Below are positions 20,992 to 31,746 of a DNA stretch of 64,000 bases, piece after piece. The notes beneath the pieces are model-generated. The model saw only the letters and a list, made by a program, of their open reading frames with translations. It was not told the origin of the DNA and did not search any database. The position numbers were made by a program, and so were the translations under genes. The stretch's first letter is position 1. Each line of letters begins with the position of its first letter. Origin of the DNA: Tagaea sp. (GTDB taxonomy: Bacteria; Pseudomonadota; Alphaproteobacteria; CACIAM-22H2); the NCBI GenBank assembly GCA_965279525.1, contig CBDIIB010000002.1, positions 160,001-224,000 of the forward strand, in the 5' to 3' direction.

Positions 20992-22251
20992 TCAGCGATA
21001 GACGCGCGCGAGGCGCGAGTTCATGTCCGCGATCACCTGGTCGGCGGTGCGCGTACCCGCAAGGAACGCGTTCATGTTCGTGCGGATGATCTCGCTGACT
21101 TCCGGATAGTCCGGGCTGACCGGACGCGAGCGGCCGGTGACGACCACGTTGCGCGCGAACTGGAACCACGGATTGACCTTCAGCACCTCGGCGTCCTGGT
21201 AGACTTCGGCGAAGACCGGCAGGTGCGAAGCGAGGATCGCCTGCATCTTCGAGACTTCCGGCGAGGAGAGGTAGCGCAGCAGGTTGACGGCCGCCGGCTT
21301 GTTCTTCGAGAAGGCCGAGACGGCGATCTGCCAGCCGCCGATGCAGGTGGCCGGCTGGTTGCCCGCGAAGCCCGGCAGCGGCACGACATTGGTCTTGCCC
21401 TTGACCGTGCTGTCCGGGTCGTTCTGGAAGCGGTTCCAGGCATAGCCCCACTGCATGGCGAACAGCAGGTTGCCGGCCTGGAAATCGACGCGGATGCGGT
21501 CGGTGACGACCTCGGCAAGGTTGGGCGGCGTCACGTTGGCGGCCTTGAGGTCGGTCCAGAGCTGGAGCGACTTGCGGGCCTGCGCCGAGTTGACGTCGGG
21601 CTTGCCCTGCGCGTTCAGGAACTGGCCGCCGGCACCCCACATCGGGACCAGGAACGTGCAGACCGTGCCCTCGATGGGGGCACCCGCCGTCGCGAAGCCG
21701 CGCAGGTTGGCGTTGTTCTCGCCCTGCATGACGGTGCGCGCGGCGGCCGTCAGCTCTTCCCACGTCTTGGGCGGCTGCAGCTTGTACTTCTCCAGCAGGT
21801 CGGTGCGGTAGTAGAGGAACTGCGCGTCGGCGAAGTAGGGAAGTGCAATGACCTTGCCGCCGACGATGTTCGCCTCGCGATAGGCCGGCAGGTAGCGCGC
21901 CATCAGCGCGTCCTTCTCGGCACCCAGATAGGCGTCGAGCGGCTCGGCCCAGCCGGCAGCCGCGAACTGCGCGGGGCGGATCACGTCGATCAGCATGATG
22001 TCGATCGCGGCGTCGCGGCTGGTCAGCACCGTGTTGAGATACTGCTGCTGCTGGTCGGACGTGGCGCCGCCGATCTCGACTTCGACGCGCACGCCGGGCG
22101 TGCGGGCCTGGTAGGCGTCGAGGATCTGGCGCATCACGTCGGGGCGCTGCTGGCCGCCGACGAAGATGCGCAAGGTCGTCTGCTGCGCGTCCGCCGGTGC
22201 GGCGGCAAATGCCAGCGCCGCAGCGGCGATGAGGGAACGGTAGAGGCTCAT
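20992..22251 (-). CDS. Sugar ABC transporter substrate-binding protein
   Basis: Signal peptide (AxA), LYYRTDLL, PKTWEEL, IGGWQ. Confidence 0.92.
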   Translation of the reverse strand: MSLYRSLIAAAALAFAAAPADAQQTTLRIFVGGQQRPDVMRQILDAYQARTPGVRVEVEIGGATSDQQQQYLNTVLTSRDAAIDIMLIDVIRPAQFAAAGWAEPLDAYLGAEKDALMARYLPAYREANIVGGKVIALPYFADAQFLYYRTDLLEKYKLQPPKTWEELTAAARTVMQGENNANLRGFATAGAPIEGTVCTFLVPMWGAGGQFLNAQGKPDVNSAQARKSLQLWTDLKAANVTPPNLAEVVTDRIRVDFQAGNLLFAMQWGYAWNRFQNDPDSTVKGKTNVVPLPGFAGNQPATCIGGWQIAVSAFSKNKPAAVNLLRYLSSPEVSKMQAILASHLPVFAEVYQDAEVLKVNPWFQFARNVVVTGRSRPVSPDYPEVSEIIRTNMNAFLAGTRTADQVIADMNSRLARVYR

Positions 22252-22293
22252 GGACGTTTCTCCCTTGGTTGGCTTCTTGTGGCCGGCGAGGCC

Positions 22294-23397
<1,104 letters not shown>

Positions 23398-23455
23398 GGG
23401 GGCTTTGCGACCGCTCCTCCCTATTGGCGTGGGTGTTGATCCACCCTACGCATTT

Positions 23456-23469
23456 TGGTATCGCTAACA
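23456..23469. promoter_or_regulatory. LacI-family operator 1
   Basis: TGGTATCGCTAACA (reverse complement TGTTAGCGATACCA), CG-centred pseudo-palindrome in a divergent promoter region. Confidence 0.7.
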
Positions 23470-23521
23470 TCTACTATCGAAATTCGGCTGTCAATAATGT
23501 TTTTGCTCTGGTAATTAGTTT

Positions 23522-23535
23522 TGACAACGCTAACA
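23522..23535. promoter_or_regulatory. LacI-family operator 2
   Basis: TGACAACGCTAACA shares the CGCTAACA half-site with operator 1. Confidence 0.65.
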
Positions 23536-23564
23536 TAAAGTCGAAAGAAAGCCGGGGGGAAGGA

Positions 23565-25304
23565 ATGAGCGAAGTAAATTCGCCGCGCCGGACGCGCGCA
23601 GACCTGCGCAGCGCCCGGTGGTATCTGGCCGAGGACATGCGCGCCTTCGCGCATCGCCAGCGCACCCAGCAGATGGGCTTCCGCCGCCAGGATTTCATGG
23701 GGCGGCCGGTCATCGCGGTCGTCAACACCTGGAGCGAGATGTCGCCCTGCCATATCCATCTTCGCGACCGCGCGGAGGCGGTCAAGCGCGGCGTGTGGCA
23801 GGCCGGCGGCTTCCCGGTCGAACTGCCCGCCCTGTCGCTGGGCGAGGTGATCGTCAAGCCGACGACGATGATGTACCGCAACATGCTGGCGATGGAAGTC
23901 GAGGAGCTGCTGCGCTCGCACCCGGTCGACGGGGCCGTGCTGCTCGGCGGCTGCGACAAGACCACGCCCGGTCTCGTGATGGGCGCGCTGTCGATGAACC
24001 TGCCGGCGATCTACGTGCCGGCGGGGCCGATGTCGAACTCGCGCTGGCACGGCCAGAAGGTGGGTGCCGGCACCCACACGCGCAAATACTGGGACGAGCT
24101 GCGCGCCGGCAAGATCACCCAGGAAGACTGGGTCGATCTCGAGGCGCGCATCACGCGTTCGGTGGGTACCTGCAACACGATGGGCACGGCCTCGACGATG
24201 ACCTCGGTCGTCGACGCGATGGGGCTGACGCTGCCCGGCGCCTCGTCGATCCCGGCAGCCGATTCCGCGCACGTGCGCATGTCGCAGGACGCGGGCGAGC
24301 GGATCGTCGGCATGATCTGGGAGGATCTGAAGCCGACCGACATCCTGACGCAGGCGGCCTTCGGCAACGGTCTCGTGGCGCTGATGGCGCTGGGTGGCTC
24401 GACCAACGCGGTCGTGCATCTTGTCGCCATGGCGCGCCGTGCAGGGCTCGATCTGGGTCTCGACGCGTTCGACGCGCACGGGCGGCGCACGCCGGTTCTC
24501 GCGAACGTCTTCCCGGCGGGCGAGAACCTGATGGAGGATTTCTATTTCGCCGGCGGCCTTCCGGCCCTGCTGGCGCAACTCGCCGACCGGCTGCAGCTCG
24601 ATTGCCTCACCGCGAACGGCCGCACGCTCGGGCAGAACATCGCCGGCGCCAGGATCTGGGATGCCGACGTCATCCGGCCGCTCGACCGGCCGGTCTCCGC
24701 AGGCCCGCCGCTCGCGATCCTGCGCGGAAATCTTGCGCCCGACGGTGCGGTCATCAAGGCGTCCGCCGCCGACCCCAAGCTCGCCCGGCATCGCGGGCCG
24801 GCCGTCGTGTTCCGCAACCATGCCGACATGTCCGCGCGCATCGACGATCCGGAACTTCCCGTCGATGCCAATAGCGTGCTCGTCCTTCAGGATGCCGGCC
24901 CGATCGGCGGGCCGGGCATGCCCGAATGGGGCGCGCTCCCGATCCCGAAGAAGCTGCTGGCGCTGGGCGTGCGCGACATGGTGCGGGTTTCCGACGGGCG
25001 CATGAGCGGCACGCACTACGGCACCTGCGTGCTGCATGTGGCGCCGGAATCGCGCATCGGCGGACCGCTGGCGCTCGTGCGCGACGGCGACATGATCGAA
25101 CTCGACGTGCCCGCGCGCCGCCTGCATCTCGACGTGTCCGACGCCGAGCTTGCCCGCCGCCGCGCCGAATGGAAGGCCCCGCCCAAGCGCTATGCGCGCA
25201 GCTACGGCGTGCTGCTCGAGCGGCATATCGGGCAGGCCAACGAAGGTGCGGATTTCGACTTCCTCGCCCACGGTCCCGCCGTTCCCGAACCGGAGATATT
25301 CTGA
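23565..25304 (+). CDS. IlvD/Edd-family sugar-acid dehydratase (arabinonate/xylonate type)
   Basis: PCH, GGCDKT, GTCNTMGTASTM, GGSTNA, GPGMPE, SDGRMSGT. Confidence 0.9.
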   Translation: MSEVNSPRRTRADLRSARWYLAEDMRAFAHRQRTQQMGFRRQDFMGRPVIAVVNTWSEMSPCHIHLRDRAEAVKRGVWQAGGFPVELPALSLGEVIVKPTTMMYRNMLAMEVEELLRSHPVDGAVLLGGCDKTTPGLVMGALSMNLPAIYVPAGPMSNSRWHGQKVGAGTHTRKYWDELRAGKITQEDWVDLEARITRSVGTCNTMGTASTMTSVVDAMGLTLPGASSIPAADSAHVRMSQDAGERIVGMIWEDLKPTDILTQAAFGNGLVALMALGGSTNAVVHLVAMARRAGLDLGLDAFDAHGRRTPVLANVFPAGENLMEDFYFAGGLPALLAQLADRLQLDCLTANGRTLGQNIAGARIWDADVIRPLDRPVSAGPPLAILRGNLAPDGAVIKASAADPKLARHRGPAVVFRNHADMSARIDDPELPVDANSVLVLQDAGPIGGPGMPEWGALPIPKKLLALGVRDMVRVSDGRMSGTHYGTCVLHVAPESRIGGPLALVRDGDMIELDVPARRLHLDVSDAELARRRAEWKAPPKRYARSYGVLLERHIGQANEGADFDFLAHGPAVPEPEIF

Positions 25305-26104
25305 TGGACATGCCGAAGAACGCGTTCAAGCGCGACTTGATGCGCAAGCCGCCGATGGTTGGCACCTGGGTCATGTCCGGCGGCACGGTCACGGCCGAAG
25401 CGCTCGGCTGCGTGGGCTTCGACTTCCTCGTCGTCGACATGGAGCATGTCCCGCTCGACTGGGAGCGCACGCATGCCACGCTGCAGGCGGTCGCCGGCAC
25501 GCCGGCTTCGGCCGTCACGCGCATTCCCTGGAACGACACGGTGATGGTCAAGCGTGCGCTCGACGCAGGTGCCCAGACGCTGATGTTCCCGATGATCCAG
25601 AACGCGGCGGAAGCCAAGCGCGCGGTCGCCGCCACGCGCTATCCGCCCGACGGGATCCGCGGCATCGCCGCCGTCCATCGCGGCTCGCGCTACGGCACCG
25701 TGCCGGACTATCTGAAGACGGCCGGCGCCGAAATCTGCGTGATCTGCCAGATCGAGACGCCCGAAGCCGCATCACGCATCGACGAGATCGCGGCCGTGCC
25801 CGGCGTGGATGCGCTGTTCGTCGGCCCCGGCGACCTGTCGGGCGCCATGGGCCATCTGGGCGACATCGCCAACCCGGCCGTGCAGAAGGCGCTGGCGGAT
25901 GCCGCAGCACACGCAAGGCGCCTCGGCATGCCGTGCGGCATCGTCGGCCCCAATCCCGACATGGTCGGGAAATTCCTCGCGATGGGCTACAGCTATGTCG
26001 CGGTCGCATCCGACATCGGCATGATGGTCGGCCGTGCGACCGAGTTCCTGTCGGCGCTGCGCGGCAAGGCGGTGGCACCGGCAGCACCGACCGGCCCGTA
26101 CTGA
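25304..26104 (+). CDS. HpcH/HpaI class II pyruvate aldolase
   Basis: DMEH, LDAGAQTLMFP, RYPPDGIRG, QIET, FVGPGDLS. Confidence 0.92.
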   Translation: MDMPKNAFKRDLMRKPPMVGTWVMSGGTVTAEALGCVGFDFLVVDMEHVPLDWERTHATLQAVAGTPASAVTRIPWNDTVMVKRALDAGAQTLMFPMIQNAAEAKRAVAATRYPPDGIRGIAAVHRGSRYGTVPDYLKTAGAEICVICQIETPEAASRIDEIAAVPGVDALFVGPGDLSGAMGHLGDIANPAVQKALADAAAHARRLGMPCGIVGPNPDMVGKFLAMGYSYVAVASDIGMMVGRATEFLSALRGKAVAPAAPTGPY

Positions 26105-26115
26105 GGCCCTCGCCC

Positions 26116-27162
26116 ATGGCGCGTGAGACCGACCCTGCGAAACCGCCGCGCACGCGAAGGCGGGCCGGCCGCGCCACAATGTCGGACGTGGCGAAGCTCG
26201 CGGGTGTCTCGGCCATCACGGTAAGCCGGCTGCTGCGCGAACCGGATTCGGTATCGGGCGAGCTCGCGCTGCGCATACGCGATGCGATCGACCGGCTCGG
26301 CTACGTACCCAACCTGATGGCCGGCGGCCTGGCGGCCGCGAAAAGCCGGATCGTCGGCGTCGTCGTCCCGTCGATCCGCAACGCGTTCTTTGCCGCGAGC
26401 GTCGATGCGCTCGCCGCAAGGCTCGACGCGCGCGGCCTTGCCGTCCTCGATTCCAGCTCGGACTACGACCCGCAACGCGAGGACACGCTGATCGAGGCGA
26501 TGCTCGCGTGGAACCCGGCCGCACTCGTGCTGACGGGTTTCGCGCACGGTCCGCGAACTGCCGCGATCCTGTCGCGCGCGAGCCTGCCGGTCGTCGAGAT
26601 GTGGGATGTCGTCGGCCGGCCGTTCGACATGGCGGTCGGCTTCGACCACAACGCCGCCGGGCGGCGCGTGGCCCGCCACTTCCTGGCGCGCGGGCGCCGG
26701 CGCGTGGGCGTCATCGGCGCCATCCTCGACAAGGATACGCGCGCCGCCGCGCGCTGTGCGGGCGTGCGCGACGAGCTTGACCGTGCGGGGCTCGCCGCCG
26801 CCGCGTGGATCGACCTGCCGCGCGCCTCGAACGTGGGCGACGGTGCCGCCGCGTTCGCGGCGATGCTCGCCACGCAAGGCGGCATCGACGCCGTGGCGTT
26901 CTCGAACGACGTGCTGGCGCTGGGCGCGCTGTTCGAGTGCCAGAAGCGCGGCGTGCGCGTGCCCGCCGACGTGGCGCTCGCGGGCTTCGGCGATCTCGAT
27001 TTCGCGGCGCATTGCCGGCCGTCGCTGACCACGTTGCGCCCGCCGCGCGAGACGATCGGCAACGAGACCGCCCGGATGCTCGAGGCGCGTTTCGACGGGA
27101 TGATGCCGGAGCCCCGGATCGTCGATCTTGGATGCGAACTGATCGAACGCGACAGCAGCTAG
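26116..27162 (+). CDS. LacI-family transcriptional regulator
   Basis: TMSDVAKLAGVSAITVSR HTH, LGYVPN, SNDVLALG, PSLTT. Confidence 0.93.
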   Translation: MARETDPAKPPRTRRRAGRATMSDVAKLAGVSAITVSRLLREPDSVSGELALRIRDAIDRLGYVPNLMAGGLAAAKSRIVGVVVPSIRNAFFAASVDALAARLDARGLAVLDSSSDYDPQREDTLIEAMLAWNPAALVLTGFAHGPRTAAILSRASLPVVEMWDVVGRPFDMAVGFDHNAAGRRVARHFLARGRRRVGVIGAILDKDTRAAARCAGVRDELDRAGLAAAAWIDLPRASNVGDGAAAFAAMLATQGGIDAVAFSNDVLALGALFECQKRGVRVPADVALAGFGDLDFAAHCRPSLTTLRPPRETIGNETARMLEARFDGMMPEPRIVDLGCELIERDSS

Positions 27163-27197
27163 TGCGCGTGGCGGCCGGGGTGCGCTAGATTCCGGGT

Positions 27198-27932
27198 ATG
27201 ACGGAGTCCGACCTGCCGCCGCCGCTCGGCCCGCGTGCCGCCTTCAGGGCGGGCGTTCGCGCGGCTGCCCTGGCGCCCTCGCTCGTGCTGGGCGCTTCCT
27301 ATGTCGGGTTCGGATCGTTCGTCAGCGCGCACGGGCTCGGGCTCGATTACGCGCTCTTCAACACGCTGACGGCCTGGGCGCTGCCCGGCCAGCTTGCCGT
27401 GACCGAGCTTTATCTCGCCGGATCGGGCCTGCTGGCGATCGCACTTGCCGTGGCGCTTGCCAACATGCGGCTGGCACCGATGACGGTCGTGATGATGCCG
27501 GTCGTCCACATGCCAGGCCGGCCGGTCTGGCGGCTCTATCTTGCGGCGAACTATGTCGCGGTCACGTGCTGGGCGATGACCATGATGACGGCCCCGCGTC
27601 TGGCGCGCGAAGACCGTCTCGGCTGGTTCCTCGGCTGCTCGATCATGCTGTGGAGCGCCTCGCTCGCCGGTACGGCGATCGGCTTCCATGCGGCCGAGCT
27701 GCTGCCACGCCCGCTGACGCTGGCGCTCGTCTTCCTCAACCCGCTCTATTTCATGCTTCTGTTCCTGCAGGACCTGCGCGACCGCGCGCGGCTCTATGCG
27801 CTGGTGCTGGGCGCTGCTCTCGGTGCGCCGCTTCACATGCTGTCCCCGGAATGGGGCCTGCTTCTCGCCGGGCTTGCCGGGGGCACGATCGCCGCGGAGT
27901 TCACCCGCCGCGCGCGCAGGGCCGGCCGATGA
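27198..27932 (+). CDS. azlC: AzlC family transporter
   Basis: Multi-TM, ALPGQLA, ANMRL; coupled to a small partner gene. Confidence 0.8.
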   Translation: MTESDLPPPLGPRAAFRAGVRAAALAPSLVLGASYVGFGSFVSAHGLGLDYALFNTLTAWALPGQLAVTELYLAGSGLLAIALAVALANMRLAPMTVVMMPVVHMPGRPVWRLYLAANYVAVTCWAMTMMTAPRLAREDRLGWFLGCSIMLWSASLAGTAIGFHAAELLPRPLTLALVFLNPLYFMLLFLQDLRDRARLYALVLGAALGAPLHMLSPEWGLLLAGLAGGTIAAEFTRRARRAGR

Positions 27933-28285
27933 GCGGCTTCGAGTTCAGCGACGGCCAGGCCTTTCTCGCGGCAGGCGTGGCGGCGGCCGCGACCTATTTC
28001 TGGCGCGGATTCGGCGTGGCGATCGGCGGCCGGGTCGATCCAAAGGGCCGGGTCTTCGAGTGGTTCGCGTGCGTGGCCTACGCGGTGCTGGCCGCCCTGG
28101 TCGTCCGCCTGATCGTGTTTCCGGGGGGCGAACTGGCGGGCGTGCCGCTCGTGGCGCGGCTGGCGGCGGCGGCCTTAGCCCTTGGTGTCTATTTCCTGAG
28201 CCGTCGCAGCATATTTTTCGGGTGCTTGGCCGGTTCCCTTGCCGTCGCGGCGACCGCGATGTGGCAGGCCCGAAGCATGCTATGA
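27929..28285 (+). CDS. azlD: AzlD family membrane protein
   Basis: ATYFWR, VAYAVLAALV; ATGA overlap with azlC. Confidence 0.78.
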   Translation: MSGFEFSDGQAFLAAGVAAAATYFWRGFGVAIGGRVDPKGRVFEWFACVAYAVLAALVVRLIVFPGGELAGVPLVARLAAAALALGVYFLSRRSIFFGCLAGSLAVAATAMWQARSML

Positions 28286-28295
28286 TCGTAGGACA

Positions 28296-28625
28296 ATGCG
28301 AACGCTGACGGTCCTTTTCGCCTGCCTGATCGCCGGATCCGTCGTCGCCCAGACGACAGAGGACGGCCTCGCGTGCAAATCCGACGGATTCGGGCGCGAC
28401 GTGACGACCAAGATGACCGACACGCTTCTCGACATGGGCTTTGTGGGGTTCGAGCGGATGTCGGTCGTCGACGGCTGCTACCGCGTCGTGGCGAAAAACC
28501 CGACCGGCGACCTCGTCGTGCTGACGTTCGACACGCTGGGCGAGCTGATCGGGCTGGGTCTGGGAAGCGGCGGTGCCAACCCGCGCTTCGCGCCCACGCG
28601 CGACGGCATCCGCGCCACCGACTGA
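28296..28625 (+). CDS. Small secreted protein, PepSY-like
   Basis: Signal peptide; DGCYRVVAKNPTG..LTFD resembles PepSY_2. Confidence 0.6.
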   Translation: MRTLTVLFACLIAGSVVAQTTEDGLACKSDGFGRDVTTKMTDTLLDMGFVGFERMSVVDGCYRVVAKNPTGDLVVLTFDTLGELIGLGLGSGGANPRFAPTRDGIRATD

Positions 28626-28684
28626 GGAAGGCCGGGCGCCCTTTGTCGCAGGACGAAAAAGACAGCAAACCGCCCGGTTCCGCC

Positions 28685-29614
28685 ATGCGCGCCAAGCTGC
28701 ACGCCTGGTGGGAAGGCTACGAATACGAGCCGCGCGCGCAATCCAAGGCGCCGGCGCCGGCGTCGGTGCCGGCCGCGAGCGCGGCCGAGGTCAAGCATCC
28801 CGATCCGGTCCGGCCGCCGATGGACGGCAAGGTCGTCGTCAAGGACCAGTGGCCGCCCGAGCGGATCAAGGTCGCCCAGCTCATCTGGGGCGACGGCTTC
28901 ACGTTTCCCGGCGGCGAGCAGTTCGCGGTCGAGATGGCACGCCCGCTCGCCCTCAACGAAGGCGACACCGCGATGGATCTGGGATGCGGGCTGGGTGCCG
29001 GTACCCGCGCCATCGCGAAGGCCTATGGCGCCTGGATGGAGGGCTACGACCTCTCGCTCGATCTCGCGCGCGCGGGCAACAACCTCTCGCACGCCGCGAA
29101 CATGGAGAAGAAGGCGCCCATCGGCCTGCTCGACGTGGTCGACGGCAGTTTCAAGCCCAAGCGCTACGACGGCACGATCGTGCGCAACGTCTTCTCGCTG
29201 ATTTCGGACAAGCCCAAGCTGCTGACCCGCCTCGTGCATGGCATGAAGCCGGGTGGCCGGATCGTCGTGGTCGACTGGACCGTCGCGCGCGAGGACGCGC
29301 TGGGCGATGCGCTGGATGCCTACCGCCTCGGCGAGGCGACGGCACCCCGGCTTTCGACGATCGCGCAGTTCACGGCCCAGATCGAGGCGGCGGGACTGGC
29401 CGTCAAGGTTGCCGACGATTTCACCGACGCGTTCCGGACGGTCGTGCTCGACGGCTGGTCGCGCATCGAGACGATCGTCGACCGCGGCCAGCTCAGTCCG
29501 GCGGAAGGAAAATCGCTGATGGACGAAGCCCAGCTCTGGCAGCGCCGGCTGGCCGCCATCGCCGCCGGCGACCTGCGCGTCGGCCGGTTCCTGGCCGAGC
29601 GCAAGCCGGGCTGA
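28685..29614 (+). CDS. Class I SAM-dependent methyltransferase (alternative TTG start at 28643)
   Basis: WGDGFTFPGG, MDLGCGLG, MKPGGRIVVVD. Confidence 0.85.
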   Translation: MRAKLHAWWEGYEYEPRAQSKAPAPASVPAASAAEVKHPDPVRPPMDGKVVVKDQWPPERIKVAQLIWGDGFTFPGGEQFAVEMARPLALNEGDTAMDLGCGLGAGTRAIAKAYGAWMEGYDLSLDLARAGNNLSHAANMEKKAPIGLLDVVDGSFKPKRYDGTIVRNVFSLISDKPKLLTRLVHGMKPGGRIVVVDWTVAREDALGDALDAYRLGEATAPRLSTIAQFTAQIEAAGLAVKVADDFTDAFRTVVLDGWSRIETIVDRGQLSPAEGKSLMDEAQLWQRRLAAIAAGDLRVGRFLAERKPG

Positions 29615-29617
29615 CGT

Positions 29618-31216
29618 TCACTCCATCGCGTGGAGGGTGGCCGTCCGCGCGCGCAGGAAACTCGCGAAGCCCGACGGCATGCCGCCGGAGAACACGAACT
29701 CGATGTGCAGCGTATTGCCTTCGTGGTACTTGAGCTCGAAGGGCAGTTCGTCGCCGCAGCCATCGATGCGCAGCTTGCCTTTCTCGCCGATGCGCATCTG
29801 GGTCGCCGTCCTGAAGCCCACGCCGCCTTCCGAGATGTCGGCAACCTGGCCGGCGAAGGCCTTGCCCATCGAGTCCACGGCGCTTGCCTGGATGTCCACG
29901 GCATAGCGCGGATACTGCCGCCGGTTCGTCTTGGCAAGGAAGCTCGCCACGGCGTTGCGCATCTCCTCGGACTGCCGGTCGAGCCCCGAGGCCGCCGCCA
30001 GCACCGTCTGGGCGGACTCGCGAACGTTCTCGGTCGACTGCGAGACCGCCGTGATGTTCGACGTGACCATGCTGGTGCCGGCCGATGCTTCGCTGACGCT
30101 GCGCGCGATTTCCTGCGTCGCGGCGTTCTGCTCCTCGACGGCTCCGGCGATTGCCGTGGTCGCCTGGTTTACCTGCGCCACGGTCGTCGCGATGCCGCGG
30201 ATCGCGGCAACCGCTTGGGTCGTGGAGCGCTGGATCGCGTCGATCTGGCCGGAGATGTCCTCGGTCGCGCGCGCCGTCTGGTTCGCGAGCCCCTTGACCT
30301 CCGACGCCACGACGGCAAAACCCTTGCCGGCATCGCCGGCACGCGCCGCCTCGATCGTCGCGTTGAGCGCAAGCAGGTTCGTCTGCTCGGCGATCTTGCG
30401 GATTAGCGTTGCGAACTCGCCGATCCGGCTCGTTGCCGCCGCCAGCGAGGCGACGGTCGCGTCTACCGCCTGGGCCTCGTGCGCCGCCTTCGTCGCGACT
30501 GCGGCGGCCTCGCCGACGCGCGAGGAGATCTCGCGGATCGAAGCCGACAGCTCTTCGGCGGCGGATGCGACCGTCTGCACGTTGGTCGTCGCCTCCTCGG
30601 AAGCGGCGGAAACCGCCATTGAGCGCTGCTGGGTGTCTTCCGCGATCTTGACCATCGACTCCGCGTTCGTGCGCAGGTCGACTGCCGAGTTGGCGACCGC
30701 CTGCACGACCGCGCTGACCTCGCCCTGGAAGCTGACAGCGAGCTTGCGGTTGTCGACGAGCTTTTCCTGCATCGCTTCGTTCGCGGCGTTGATGATGCGT
30801 GCCGCCCGCCGGAACGAGCCGAGCATGCCGCGCTCGAGGACCTTGCGGAAGAACTTGCCCTGACGGGCATGGTCCATCGCCGCGGCGGCCTCGCGCACGA
30901 AGGCGTCCGAAGCGTCGATCAGCGAGTTGATCGAGTTCGACAACTCGCCCAGTTCGCCGCCTTCGCGGATGCCGATCAGGCGCGGTTCGAGATTGCCTTT
31001 GGCGGATGCGCGCGCGATGTCGCTGATGCCGCGCACGCTCGTCTTTGCCCGCTGCACGAAGACGAGTGTCGGGACCGCAGCAAGCGCCGAGAGGGCGGTA
31101 AGTGCCAGGGCCGCGACGCGAAAGTCGAGCCAGACCACGACGCACGCGGCGATTCCGGCACCCAGTGCCAGGATTGCGGCGAAGATCGCCTTAGATAGAG
31201 AAGACGAATTCGTCAT
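29618..31216 (-). CDS. Methyl-accepting chemotaxis protein: TM hairpin, HAMP, MA domain and C-terminal PilZ
   Basis: [34 protein letters not shown]; RRQYPR and DISEGG PilZ motifs. Confidence 0.92.
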   Translation of the reverse strand: MTNSSSLSKAIFAAILALGAGIAACVVVWLDFRVAALALTALSALAAVPTLVFVQRAKTSVRGISDIARASAKGNLEPRLIGIREGGELGELSNSINSLIDASDAFVREAAAAMDHARQGKFFRKVLERGMLGSFRRAARIINAANEAMQEKLVDNRKLAVSFQGEVSAVVQAVANSAVDLRTNAESMVKIAEDTQQRSMAVSAASEEATTNVQTVASAAEELSASIREISSRVGEAAAVATKAAHEAQAVDATVASLAAATSRIGEFATLIRKIAEQTNLLALNATIEAARAGDAGKGFAVVASEVKGLANQTARATEDISGQIDAIQRSTTQAVAAIRGIATTVAQVNQATTAIAGAVEEQNAATQEIARSVSEASAGTSMVTSNITAVSQSTENVRESAQTVLAAASGLDRQSEEMRNAVASFLAKTNRRQYPRYAVDIQASAVDSMGKAFAGQVADISEGGVGFRTATQMRIGEKGKLRIDGCGDELPFELKYHEGNTLHIEFVFSGGMPSGFASFLRARTATLHAME

Positions 31217-31715
31217 AGCTGACTCCCTTCGACTTGAGCAGTGCGTTCAGGTGTTCGTAGGACTGTTCCATGCCGGCCTTGCGATCGGAGTTCCGCTCCT
31301 CGATGTCGAGGAGCGACCGGTAGAGGGCCGAAACGGTCTGGATCTGGGAAGGCGAGGGCTTGCGCCGGTTCGAGTGGTAGCCGACGATCTTGCCTTCGGC
31401 ATCGAAACTCGGCGTCACGTGCGCGAAGACCCAGTAATGGTCCCCGCCGTTCGCCATGTTCATGACGTAGGCGAAGATCTCGTCGCCGGCTTCGATCTTG
31501 TTCCACAGCAGCCTGAACACGCAGCGCGGCATTTGCGGATGGCGCAGGATGCTGTGCGGCGCTCCGACGATCTCCGACTCCGGATAGCCCGAGATTTTCA
31601 GGAAGACCTCGTTGCCGTAGGTGATCCTGCCCTTGGCATCGGTCTTGCTGACGATCACCTCGTCTTCGCCGAACGTGCGCTCCTTGCCCGTCGGCTTGAA
31701 ATCGTATTTTGCCAT
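31191..31715 (-). CDS. Stand-alone Aer/CetB-type PAS sensor protein
   Basis: [36 protein letters not shown]. Confidence 0.9.
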   Translation of the reverse strand: MAKYDFKPTGKERTFGEDEVIVSKTDAKGRITYGNEVFLKISGYPESEIVGAPHSILRHPQMPRCVFRLLWNKIEAGDEIFAYVMNMANGGDHYWVFAHVTPSFDAEGKIVGYHSNRRKPSPSQIQTVSALYRSLLDIEERNSDRKAGMEQSYEHLNALLKSKGVSYDEFVFSI

Positions 31716-31746
31716 CTTGACTGTCCCCCTCCTTCTTTCGACCCGG

